Shown: positions 54,689 to 63,081 of the stretch, piece after piece
How positions within the stretch are numbered: the stretch's first letter is position 1
Layout: every line of letters starts with the position of its first letter
Source of the DNA: an uncultured bacterium
Lineage (GTDB): Bacteria > Desulfobacterota_D > UBA1144 > Nemesobacterales > UBA2774
Direction: 5' to 3'
Assembly (NCBI GenBank): GCA_963825135.1
Contig: CAWGRW010000009.1
Span: 608,001 to 672,000 of the forward strand
DNA: 64,000 bases
The notes under the pieces: generated by a model
The model's database searches: none
What the model was told of the DNA's origin: nothing
Seen by the model: the letters and a program-made list of their open reading frames with translations, nothing else
Position numbers and translations under genes: made by a program

Positions 54689-55087
54689 CGCGGGGATGTC
54701 ACGGGCGATGGTCGAGTTAAGGTTGCATCCCTGGATCAATCGTTCCCTGCAATTATCGTATTCTTCGTCAGTAAGGCCAATGTTGGCAGAACCTATAGTA
54801 TCTTCAAATATACGACAAGCTTTGCCCTCGCCAATAAATACATCATAACCCAGCTCAAGTTTTTCACCGCCAGGCCTAACAATTTCAACTTGCTCCTCAG
54901 TTACGATTGATTCGTTGCCCGCTGCAAGATTACCGCCGGGACATAGAATATCGACGATTTCGTCGCCGCTATTCCCATTCGACAATTCAGCAGTATCACA
55001 CGGACAAGAAGGTATTTGCGCAAATGCATAAGGAGAAATAAACAGAACTGTCAATAATATAAATAGGTTAAAGCGCCTCATTCTCAA
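54584..55087 (-). CDS. IPTL-CTERM protein A (Cys-rich domain)
   Basis: Signal peptide; IPALSEWGMIAAAAGLMLVGVFFAVRKR; alternative start 55081. Confidence 0.9.
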   Translation of the reverse strand: MRMRRFNLFILLTVLFISPYAFAQIPSCPCDTAELSNGNSGDEIVDILCPGGNLAAGNESIVTEEQVEIVRPGGEKLELGYDVFIGEGKACRIFEDTIGSANIGLTDEEYDNCRERLIQGCNLNSTIARDIPALSEWGMIAAAAGLMLVGVFFAVRKRLQASNEFDE

Positions 55088-55162
55088 CCCCCCTCTATAA
55101 ACAGTTTTATATGCAAATAATAAGCTAAAGCGATTATAGCACTTTGAGGTTCGCGGTGCAAT

Positions 55163-55267
55163 ATGTGTATTGCCGACGTTGGAGAGACCAGCGACAAAGC
55201 AGGCGAGGCGGTAGGCGTATCGGGAAAGACTTACGAAAGATTGAGACCGTATAAAGGGAAGCCCTGA
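55163..55267 (+). pseudogene. Remnant of a phage ParB-associated HTH
   Basis: Translates as GETSDKAGEAVGVSGKTYER and is cut off at the repeat boundary. Confidence 0.4.
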
Positions 55268-55540
55268 ACTGCTGGAGGATGAGTACAGCAGAACAGGGCT
55301 TCATTTAAGGAGAACCGTACAAGGTTCCCGATCTGTTTATAGCAGAAATTATGAATTCACGGAAGCCTATCTTATTGGTTTCAATGACTTATGAGCAGCA
55401 TGCAACTCACTTCTCTGCCGTCGGCCAATCGGGTCCGTTACGCGCTCGCTTGTAACCGTTTCCTCACGGCGAAGAAGACTCCGACGAGCATAAGTCCCGC
55501 AGCGGCAGCGATCATGCCCCATTCGGAGAGGGTAGGGATG
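55250..55540. repeat. Array repeat copy 2 (hairpin unit, core and sorting-signal DNA)
   Basis: Near-identical to 56129-56418. Confidence 0.92.
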
Positions 55541-55944
55541 GGATTGATTGGCTGATTAATAAACGCGACAGCTCCATTTGAAAACCCGGGACCGATACAC
55601 CTAAATTTAATCCCATTTTCGACCCTCTCAACTAGCACGCCGCTGATCGTGAAGTACAATATATCCTCAAACCTCCACCCTTCGGGTACGACCTCTGTGA
55701 TCGTAACAATATCTCCCTTTTTTGCATTAATATTTTCCTGCTCACCAAACGATTGAATAAAAAATGTTGATTCCGCCCCATTCAGATTTAGTGCAAACTC
55801 AAACACCTCACCCACAGGTGCGATTTTTGATATTTGTATGAGGCATTGATCCTCATCCTGCGAAAAACCCGGTACTGCTGATAAGTATATAAAACCGGAT
55901 ACAATAAGAAAGAACAGAAAAGGTTGGAATCCAAGTTTAGTCAT
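55438..55944 (-). CDS. IPTL-CTERM protein B (Ig/prealbumin-like domain)
   Basis: GGAGG RBS, signal peptide, IPTLSEWGM tail. Confidence 0.9.
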   Translation of the reverse strand: MTKLGFQPFLFFLIVSGFIYLSAVPGFSQDEDQCLIQISKIAPVGEVFEFALNLNGAESTFFIQSFGEQENINAKKGDIVTITEVVPEGWRFEDILYFTISGVLVERVENGIKFRCIGPGFSNGAVAFINQPINPIPTLSEWGMIAAAAGLMLVGVFFAVRKRLQASA

Positions 55945-56071
55945 ATTAATCCTCCGCAAAGAGTTGACTTACGCCCATTATCACACGTTTAATAATTATT
56001 TGCAAATGTACAACAATAATTCTCCGGCAAACCTCTTATTCGCCCCTCAAAATTCAAACTGACCCAATACC

Positions 56072-56418
56072 CTTAATTCGCATAATTCACCTTGTTCGCA
56101 TTCATGGATGGACAGAGAAACAGAGCTATATAAAGGGAAGCCCTGAACTGCTGGAGGATGAGTACAGTAGAACAGGGCTTCATTTAAGGAGAACCGTACA
56201 ATGGTTCCAACTTGTTTATAGCAGAAATTATGAATTCACGACAGCCTTTCTTATTGGTTTCAATGACTTATGAGCAGCATGCAATTTACTTCTCTGCCGT
56301 CGGCCAATCGGGTCCGTTACGCGCTCGCTTGTAACCGTTTCCTCACGGCGAAGAAGACTCCGACGAGCATAAGTCCCGCTGCGGCCGCGATCATTCCCCA
56401 TTGGGAAAGCGTGGGGAT
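56072..56418. repeat. Array repeat copy 3
   Basis: 56072-56316 near-identical to 56942-57186. Confidence 0.92.
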
Positions 56419-56844
56419 GTTCGCCACTCCCTGCACATTCGTTATCACGCAAAAAGTATCCAATTGCGGGGTCACGCATTCCTCGATCCACCCACCCTCA
56501 ATCTCGGTAATATCGAGCCCGCCGCCGGGTTCGCATACGATTCCTCCGAACGCCCATCCGGATTGCGGTTTTTCTGTTATAATATGAGATGTCCCCGCCT
56601 CAACAAAACCACTCGAACCCATGGGGTCACCGGCGGTAATGAAAAACGTAAAAGTCTCCCCGGTTTCCACCACTTCGCCGTTGAATTGGAATTCCCTGCC
56701 CTCCGCCCCGGGAGCTACTTTGGTAGTTTCGATAAAGCATTCGGTAGGCTGGGCTGCGCTATTCCCCGCGGTCATGAATAAAACGACTGGGATTATGAAA
56801 ACGAATAATATAAGGCAGTTAAATGATCGAAAGATCCTCGGCAT
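56317..56844 (-). CDS. IPTL-CTERM protein C (Ig/prealbumin-like domain)
   Basis: Signal peptide, IPTLSQWGM tail. Confidence 0.9.
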   Translation of the reverse strand: MPRIFRSFNCLILFVFIIPVVLFMTAGNSAAQPTECFIETTKVAPGAEGREFQFNGEVVETGETFTFFITAGDPMGSSGFVEAGTSHIITEKPQSGWAFGGIVCEPGGGLDITEIEGGWIEECVTPQLDTFCVITNVQGVANIPTLSQWGMIAAAAGLMLVGVFFAVRKRLQASA

Positions 56845-56941
56845 ATAAACCTCCCCAATTCTTTTTATTCACGATATTACAACATTTGTGAGTATAAATC
56901 CAGCGTAGCAGCAGTACCATCCCCTTCTCGGTGTATCCGGG

Positions 56942-57375
56942 CTTAATTCGCATAATTCACCTTGTTCGCATTCATGGATGGACAGAGAAACAGAGCTATA
57001 TAAAGGGAAGCCCTGAACTGCTGGAGGATGAGTACAGTAGAACAGGGCTTCATTTAAGGAGAACCGTACAATGGTTCCAATTTGTTTATAGCAGAAATTA
57101 TGAATTCACGACAGCCTTTCTTTTTGGTTTCAGTTACTACTGAGCAGCATGCAACTCACTTCTCTGCCGTCGGCCAATCGGGTCCGGTTTATTTTGGGTT
57201 CAATGGATCATCCCACGAACACAAGCTTTCGAGTAGTCAGCCCAGGACGTCCGAATTCTCTTATTCATCGAATTCGTTGCTCGCTTGTAACCGTTTCCTC
57301 ACGGCGAAGAACACTCCGACGAGCATAAGTCCCGCAGCGGCCGCTATCATCCCCCATTCGGATAGGGTCGGAATT
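56942..57375. repeat. Array repeat copy 4 (longest; mosaic of copy 1 and copy 3 types)
   Basis: Left part matches copy 3, right part matches copy 1. Confidence 0.92.
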
Positions 57376-58166
57376 GGGTTTATTATTGGACCACATGAGC
57401 CCTTCCATGCAAGGCCATCGATTACAGCATCTACACCGTTCGAGCCGACCAGCGTTGCTTCCCCGGTGGTTACATCCACAATAAATAACTGCCCCAACGT
57501 CCCGTCGTTGGCATATAAAATCTGATTGCATTCATCGTATGCTAGCCCAACGTCGAGGCTTGTAGCAGGGATGCCGGTAGCACCTATAAGGGTCGCGGTG
57601 CCTGTTTCGGTCGAGACTGTATAGAGCGACCTTTCATCGGATATAGCATACAGTATGCCGTTCGCGTTATCATAGGCCATACCGGGGCCATGGAAACCTA
57701 CTCCAGAACCTATAGTCGCCACGGAGCCGTCCGGGAACTGTGCAGTAAGTATATCGGAATTATTGAAATCAATAGTGTATAAAACGCCCCCAGCCTCATC
57801 AGACGCCAGACCATGCCAGTTAGCCGAACCGTTTTGATTACTCAGAAACGTTATAATTCCGCCCGTCGAGATCGACCCGATGTCATTACCTCCTGAACCT
57901 CCAGGAAAATCGTACAGGTCCACACCGTAGAGAGTTCCCTGAAGGAATGAGAGGCCCGTTATGCTCGCATTGCCGTCGAGTGTCACAATCGGTGTAGCCG
58001 TGCCGTCGGATGAATCGATAAAATATAATACGGCGGGCGTGTTACTCGACAGACCAATCAACCCGTCAGGAAAAGTTTGCGCGTGGACTAGACCGGCAGT
58101 TAAGAAAAGTGTTAAAGCAATAGCCAAATTTATTCTATGTAAGAAGAATACGATAATTTTCCTCAT
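57261..58166 (-). CDS. IPTL-CTERM protein D (beta-propeller-like repeats)
   Basis: Repeated GLAY/GMAYD...LY...TG.ATL(I/V)G blades; IPTLSEWGM tail; ATG at 58166 with GGAGG. Confidence 0.9.
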   Translation of the reverse strand: MRKIIVFFLHRINLAIALTLFLTAGLVHAQTFPDGLIGLSSNTPAVLYFIDSSDGTATPIVTLDGNASITGLSFLQGTLYGVDLYDFPGGSGGNDIGSISTGGIITFLSNQNGSANWHGLASDEAGGVLYTIDFNNSDILTAQFPDGSVATIGSGVGFHGPGMAYDNANGILYAISDERSLYTVSTETGTATLIGATGIPATSLDVGLAYDECNQILYANDGTLGQLFIVDVTTGEATLVGSNGVDAVIDGLAWKGSCGPIINPIPTLSEWGMIAAAAGLMLVGVFFAVRKRLQASNEFDE

Positions 58167-58382
58167 ATTATCCTCCCTAATAATATTAGTCAAATTATAT
58201 TACTATTAATTAAAACTGAATACAATACAACTTATTTTTGTTTCCTGACAGCGGCTTATCCAGTATTCATTTTCATTTCCTTTTCCCACTTTACTTGGCC
58301 ATGATAAGGTCTATGGCTTCTGTGACCCCGTGATGGAATGTTAGTGTGAGCATCCCGAGGTGGAGATGGTTGTGCATTGAGC

Positions 58383-58877
58383 TTAAGCTCTAGCTCTCTT
58401 CAGTCTCAGCACAAAGAACAAACTGACTATACCCAATCCCCCTGCGGCCGCGATCATACCCCATTCGGATAGGGTCGGAATATTCGAAACAGCACCCACG
58501 TTCGTGAACGTGCAGGTGACGTCGCCGCCGCCGTCGCATGTGGCCGTGAAACCGTTATCCGTAATTTCGAACCCTGTCGCGCCCGTACTCTCGCACTCAA
58601 CATCTGAGAGCTCCCATCCCGCTAACGGCAGCTCGGTCACAGTGACTCTCGAATTAAAAGTGCCTCCATCCGAGCCTCCGCCCTCTATATTAACAAAAAA
58701 GGGCTCTTTACCGTCCGATGTGACCTCGAATGGAAATAGGACACCGCTGCCTTCAGGCGCCTCTTTTATGACAACTGCATTACACGCACCCTGCCCAAAG
58801 GCGGCTTCTCCGAAACCCACGAGCATCATAAGACCTGTCAGTACGAAAACTATAGAGAAAACACGGTGATCGAACAT
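58383..58877 (-). CDS. IPTL-CTERM protein E (Ig/prealbumin-like domain)
   Basis: VTVTELPLAGWELSDVEC...CTFTN; IPTLSEWGM tail; lacks the 3' repeat. Confidence 0.9.
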   Translation of the reverse strand: MFDHRVFSIVFVLTGLMMLVGFGEAAFGQGACNAVVIKEAPEGSGVLFPFEVTSDGKEPFFVNIEGGGSDGGTFNSRVTVTELPLAGWELSDVECESTGATGFEITDNGFTATCDGGGDVTCTFTNVGAVSNIPTLSEWGMIAAAGGLGIVSLFFVLRLKRARA

Positions 58878-58971
58878 TTTATAATCCTCCCTCAATTATG
58901 ACTTTAAGCCATCATAATGATATTTCTATTTCTAAGTCAATCGCTTCACTTCCCCTTCCCGCCGTACCCTA

Positions 58972-59155
58972 CACGGCAGCCGTTCTTTTTGGTTTCAGTT
59001 ACTACTGAGCAGCATGCAATTTACTTCTCTGCCGTCGGCCAATCGGGTCCGGTTACGCCCTTGTCCGTAACCGTTTCCTCACAGCGAAGAACACTCCGAT
59101 CAGCCCGAGTCCCGCAGCGGCCGCTATCATCCCCCACTCGGAAAGCGTTGGAATC
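58972..59155. repeat. Array repeat copy 5 (core only)
   Basis: CACGGCAGCC...TTGGTTTCAGTTACTACTGAGCAGCATGCAATTTACTTCTCTGCCGTCGGCCAATCGGGTCCG. Confidence 0.9.
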
Positions 59156-59565
59156 GCGGAAATAAGCGGGAGGTTGCGAATGATACAGGTTGCATCTCCA
59201 TCACTTGCGTCCTCGCACAGAATTGAGAATCCGCCATCGAAATTGGTAATGACAATGCCGGGTCCCGCGTCACATTCTAAACCGGCGAGCCGATATCCGT
59301 TCTGTGGTTCTTCATAAATTGTTACGGACGAACCTTCGGGAATGGTTCCCCCAGTGGGCTCGCCATCCACGAGTGTAAATTCGAACGGTCCGCCCGGGCT
59401 CACCCCTTCAAAAACAAATTCGAGACTGCCCGCTCCCGGCGCAGACTTTGTAGCTTGTACTGCACATTCTCTCTCCTGGGCGTTCGCACCGGATACAAAA
59501 AAACCGCCTACTGAGGCGGCTGCGAATAAAGCAATGCATATGATGTAGCTAAAGACCATTCTCAC
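59053..59565 (-). CDS. IPTL-CTERM protein F (Ig/prealbumin-like domain)
   Basis: GTG start with GGAGG RBS, signal peptide, IPTLSEWGM tail. Confidence 0.9.
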   Translation of the reverse strand: MRMVFSYIICIALFAAASVGGFFVSGANAQERECAVQATKSAPGAGSLEFVFEGVSPGGPFEFTLVDGEPTGGTIPEGSSVTIYEEPQNGYRLAGLECDAGPGIVITNFDGGFSILCEDASDGDATCIIRNLPLISAIPTLSEWGMIAAAAGLGLIGVFFAVRKRLRTRA

Positions 59566-59807
59566 GAAATATCCTCCTCCTCTAAATAATACGCATATCT
59601 TATTATATTTAATACATTATTGTCAACGTCATCCTTTCTTAGCTCGTAATTCATTCGAGATATCGGCGGAATGGATAATCACTCACTTCCCCCTCACCCT
59701 GCCCTCGGGCACAAAAAACGCGCTGCGCAAAAGATTAAAGGAGCGGAGTCATGGACACCACTTTGGCCACAAGCGTGATCGAGCTGAAAAAGGAAATCGA
59801 ACAAGGA

Positions 59808-59894
59808 TGGTGCCCGGGGCCGGACTCGAACCGGCACGGGCGTGAACCCGAGGGATTTTAAGTCCCTTGCGTCTACCTGTTCCGCCACCCGGGC
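59808..59894 (-). tRNA. tRNA-Leu(TAA)
   Basis: 87-nt cloverleaf with long variable arm, AGGGA-CTTAAAA-TCCCT anticodon arm, encoded CCA. Confidence 0.97.
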
Positions 59895-60015
59895 TTTCTG
59901 ACAATTCCGCCTTCTGAGACTGCCTAGGAATAATAACAGAAAGGAATGTATTTTACAGCCTTTGCCATCTCATTCAATAGCGGGTTTTGGAATGAAGCCG
60001 ACCCCATATGACCGA

Positions 60016-61332
60016 CTATTTCTTTGTTTGCAGAGGTAAACCATAGCTGGCTTCTCTTAAGTCCGTCTCAAATGCCTCATTTGTTTTATTTAAATCAATA
60101 TGTGTTATCACAGCATCATATAAACTCTCAGCTAGACGTTGTGCTTTATAGGATTCAGTATAGGATACTTGCCTACGACCACCGTGTACTAGAGAGGAAC
60201 GATATTCATACGACTCTATGATATCTTTTGCAATATCCCTTCTCCTTTCGGGTCTATCATCGAGAATAGTAGCGGCATTACGAGCAATTGTTTGGATCAC
60301 CGGTGCAGATTTATCTCCACTAGAAACTAATGCTTCTATCGCAGTATAAAAGAAAAGTAAGCGTTCAGATCTGTCTTCGGCATGGCGACCCCTAGTCAAC
60401 CAGCCCATGCCATGGGCGACACGTTCAGCCACAGTATTCTTCTTGTAATTGAAAATGGTATTTGAAAACTTGTCAAAATCGATTTTTTTGAAGTGTTCTA
60501 AAGTATTGTTATCTACGGTATAAAGAACTGGCATCGATCCACCACCTGCATTTACATTCCTATCTTGAGTCCGAATGATAATTCTTGGATTATAAATCAC
60601 CGGAGCAAGGGTAGGATGTGCCTCCTTTTTACCCCACATTGGATAGAACGGATTTTTATGATTTCCTGGGTAAGATAGCCTTATGCAACTAATTGCGATA
60701 TTTATTAGCCAAAAAGCCTCTTCTTCGACATTACTAGGCGAAGTATTTAATCTGACTTCCCAACAAAATGGAGGATAGAAAATATTTAGACCGTTGGAAT
60801 CTAAGCTCGTCGTCGGACTTGAACTTAGTATGAATGACCAATTAATTCGATCTCCTTGCTTAACATAGTCGTTTGGTAATGTTTGGGACATCCGAATTTT
60901 AACAGGTCCAACTTGTAACTCTTTAATATTATCTAGAAGTTCAATCACAAAATTAGGGGCTATAAATATAAATTCGGTTTCACTTTGTTGATCAACTTTG
61001 GCAGTGAAGTCCTTTACTGCTTGATCTATATTATTAGGATCCATTTTCGAAGCTATATCCCATGCCACCCTTTCAATATCAATTTCATGACCAGATTTAG
61101 AACCTAATTTTTTAGTACAGCTTTGGACTAGATTTGTGAGAGATCTGATAACTTCTGGACTCGTAATAAAAAATTTACCGCCATGCATAGCAAAGTTGAA
61201 AGATTGAATTGCTTCGAGGTTTTCTGCTTGGGACTTTGATGATGCATTTGACACATGATTAAAAAATACGGATGCATGTTGTCTTATTGTTGAGTCGCTA
61301 TACAGTTTATTGGTATTACCCTGTTTCCTCAC
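60016..61332 (-). CDS. HEPN-domain (ApeA-like) protein, candidate defence RNase
   Basis: C-terminal FYTAIEAL...YEYRSSLVHGG (RX4H); markedly AT-rich relative to the host genes. Confidence 0.7.
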   Translation of the reverse strand: MRKQGNTNKLYSDSTIRQHASVFFNHVSNASSKSQAENLEAIQSFNFAMHGGKFFITSPEVIRSLTNLVQSCTKKLGSKSGHEIDIERVAWDIASKMDPNNIDQAVKDFTAKVDQQSETEFIFIAPNFVIELLDNIKELQVGPVKIRMSQTLPNDYVKQGDRINWSFILSSSPTTSLDSNGLNIFYPPFCWEVRLNTSPSNVEEEAFWLINIAISCIRLSYPGNHKNPFYPMWGKKEAHPTLAPVIYNPRIIIRTQDRNVNAGGGSMPVLYTVDNNTLEHFKKIDFDKFSNTIFNYKKNTVAERVAHGMGWLTRGRHAEDRSERLLFFYTAIEALVSSGDKSAPVIQTIARNAATILDDRPERRRDIAKDIIESYEYRSSLVHGGRRQVSYTESYKAQRLAESLYDAVITHIDLNKTNEAFETDLREASYGLPLQTKK

Positions 61333-61414
61333 ATACTTAATTTACAATAGAAGGATTTTTAAATCTACATGTTAAATCTATAGAAATCTCTTACCACTGT
61401 ACAATTTTGTAAAC

Positions 61415-61481
61415 CTCACCCTCCCCCGTCCCTGAGGTGCCTTAGGTAGCGCACGCGAAGGAGCCGCTTCTGACGGAGGCT
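61415..61481 (-). repeat. Diverged duplicate of the 3' end of the rep-like gene (62039-62105)
   Basis: Encodes QKRLLRVRYLRHLRDGGG* versus QRRLLRVRYLRQLRDGGG*. Confidence 0.85.
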
Positions 61482-61484
61482 CCG

Positions 61485-61924
61485 TCACCGTCCGGGAAGC
61501 CGCGTCTGGATCTCCTGGAGCAGCCAGCCGTTCCCGTCCGGATCCTCGAACGAGGCAAACGAGAAGTAGGAACGGCCTTCCGGGTCGCGCCCGCCGACGC
61601 GTGGGTTCTCCACGGCGTTGTTGAAGGGGCCGCCGGCGTAGTGGAAGACCTCGCTCACGTCGACGCCGCGGGCGATCAAGTCGTCGCGGGCGGCGTCGAC
61701 GTCGTCCACGGCGAGGACCAGGTGGTCAGCCGAGCCGGGCCTGGCGACGTGATCCCCTTGCCGAAGATGATCGAGGCCTCGAGTTGGGCGGCGTCACCTG
61801 CACGCCGCGGAAGTCGCCGACGGCGACGTCGATGTCGAGCCGCCACCCGAGCTTCTCGTAGAACGCTTTCGCGCGATCGACGTCGGAAACGCCGAGCACC
61901 ACGACTTCGAGCTTCATCGTCCAT
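61485..61924 (-). pseudogene. VOC/glyoxalase family gene with several frameshifts
   Basis: MKLEVVVLGVSDVDRAKAFY..LGW and SFASFEDPDGNGWLLQEI lie in different frames; very GC-rich. Confidence 0.8.
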
Positions 61925-62039
61925 GATCTCAACTCCTCTCCATATGTCTTGCAGGTAGCCTGCCGACCCGGGTTACCACTATCTCAAATAAAATGCCTCG
62001 AGTCAAGATCGATTTTCCGCATCTTGCATCCTCCCTCAC

Positions 62040-62790
62040 TCACCCTCCCCCGTCCCTGAGCTGCCGGAGGTAGCGCACTCTGAGGAGCCGCCTCTGCCAG
62101 AGGCTTTCCTGCGGGTCGGGCTCGCCGGGCTTCTGCAGCTTAAACGCCTCCCTGTCGAACTCCCTCCGCTCCCGGGGCGTGAGCGCATGCATGTGATCGG
62201 CGGCTTCGAGCAGTGTAACTCTGTCATCGTAATCATCGACTGGAGGAGGCAGAGACGAAGAAGCGTGAGCTTCTTCAGGCGCGCGTATTTTCTTTTTGCG
62301 CGCTTCTTTATTTACTGTGTATTCATTCTCCGTGCTTCCTTTAACTGTGTATTCCTTAGGGTTCATATTTTGAACACCCGGGGGTTCATTATCTGAACAG
62401 GGGTGTTCATATTCTGAACGGGTGGGTGACGAATCCTTCACCCTCCCGCGCGTATCTGACTTTCGCTTCTTCGATAATCCGACAGAGATCCCTTGAGACG
62501 AAGTAGTTATGAGAGCGCCCCGGAACGGGCTCCCTGCGGATGAGGCCGGATTCCACAAGGCTGTTTATTGCCCTGAGTGCGGTGTTTTTCGACCCGAAGC
62601 CGCAGTCCCTGCATATCCTTTCGACCGAAGGGAAAGACCTCCCCGCCCTGTCGGCGCGCCTCATGAAGTAAATGAGGACGAGCTTCTCGTTCGCCGTGAG
62701 CGGCAGATCGAAAACCAGGTCGGGGACCTGAAAATATCCCCCGCTAAACTCAACCGGACCCTCTCCGGGCCCTCTACCGTACTTATTCAA
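62040..62790 (-). CDS. Phage/plasmid-type HTH replication initiator-like protein, frameshifted near 62445
   Basis: LTANEKLVLIY...SFPSVERICRDCG..SKNTALRAINSLVESGLI (HTH_36-like); continues as ...VQNMNPKEYT...NKE in the other frame. Confidence 0.7.
62361..62419. repeat. Three palindromic iteron-like repeats GTTCA-N5-TGAAC
   Basis: 62361-62375, 62384-62398, 62405-62419. Confidence 0.75.
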
Positions 62791-63081
62791 AACAGAAACA
62801 AACCCCGGACGCTCCTCCCGCGCTCCGGGATTAAAACCCCCATCACTCCATATTCTCTCCGCTCCTTAACCCCGGAGGGCAAAAAAAAGACGGAGATATA
62901 CGTGCTGCTGCCCGTCAAAGTTCCGGGCCGAGTACGTATATTCCCGTCTTAAAGACTCCGCTCCCGCGAAGGGAGGAGTAAGTGAATAATTTCAGCGCAT
63001 ACCGCAGAAAAAACCCCGCCTGAGTACCTATATATACTAGAGATTAACCCAACGGCCGGATTTGCACAAGATACGAATTTA

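Larger units (their letters stand above)
54142..59841. mobile_element. tRNA-Leu-anchored genomic island carrying the IPTL-CTERM array; no integrase inside
   Basis: Direct repeats of the tRNA 3' end at both boundaries; AT-richer intergenic DNA; phage-like HTH remnant. Confidence 0.7.

Noticed and set aside
54351..54848. Plus-strand ORFs repeated at 54351 and 57082
   Set aside because: Their similarity only reflects the DNA repeat, and they are antisense to IPTL genes.
55279..55308. Mini-ORF MSTAEQGFI in the hairpin repeat (type I toxin or leader peptide)
   Set aside because: GGAGG directly abuts the ATG with no spacing, the peptide is not hydrophobic, and it is absent from the diverged copy at 54291.
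55250..57375. CRISPR array or DGR template/variable repeats
   Set aside because: Repeats are hundreds of bp long and separated by whole genes. No cas or reverse transcriptase gene is present, and the differences are not adenine-specific.
54422..59155. Integron attC cassette array
   Set aside because: The stop codon falls in GCGTAAC, but the nearest GTT box is only ~44 bp away, is not conserved in all copies, and there is no attC-type palindrome. There is no intI, the genes have their own AT-rich upstream regions, and the repeat extends into coding sequence.
59895..60015. att duplicate of tRNA-Cys bounding the HEPN-rep region
   Set aside because: No copy of the tRNA-Cys 3' end could be found by eye, so the boundaries of that element remain undefined.
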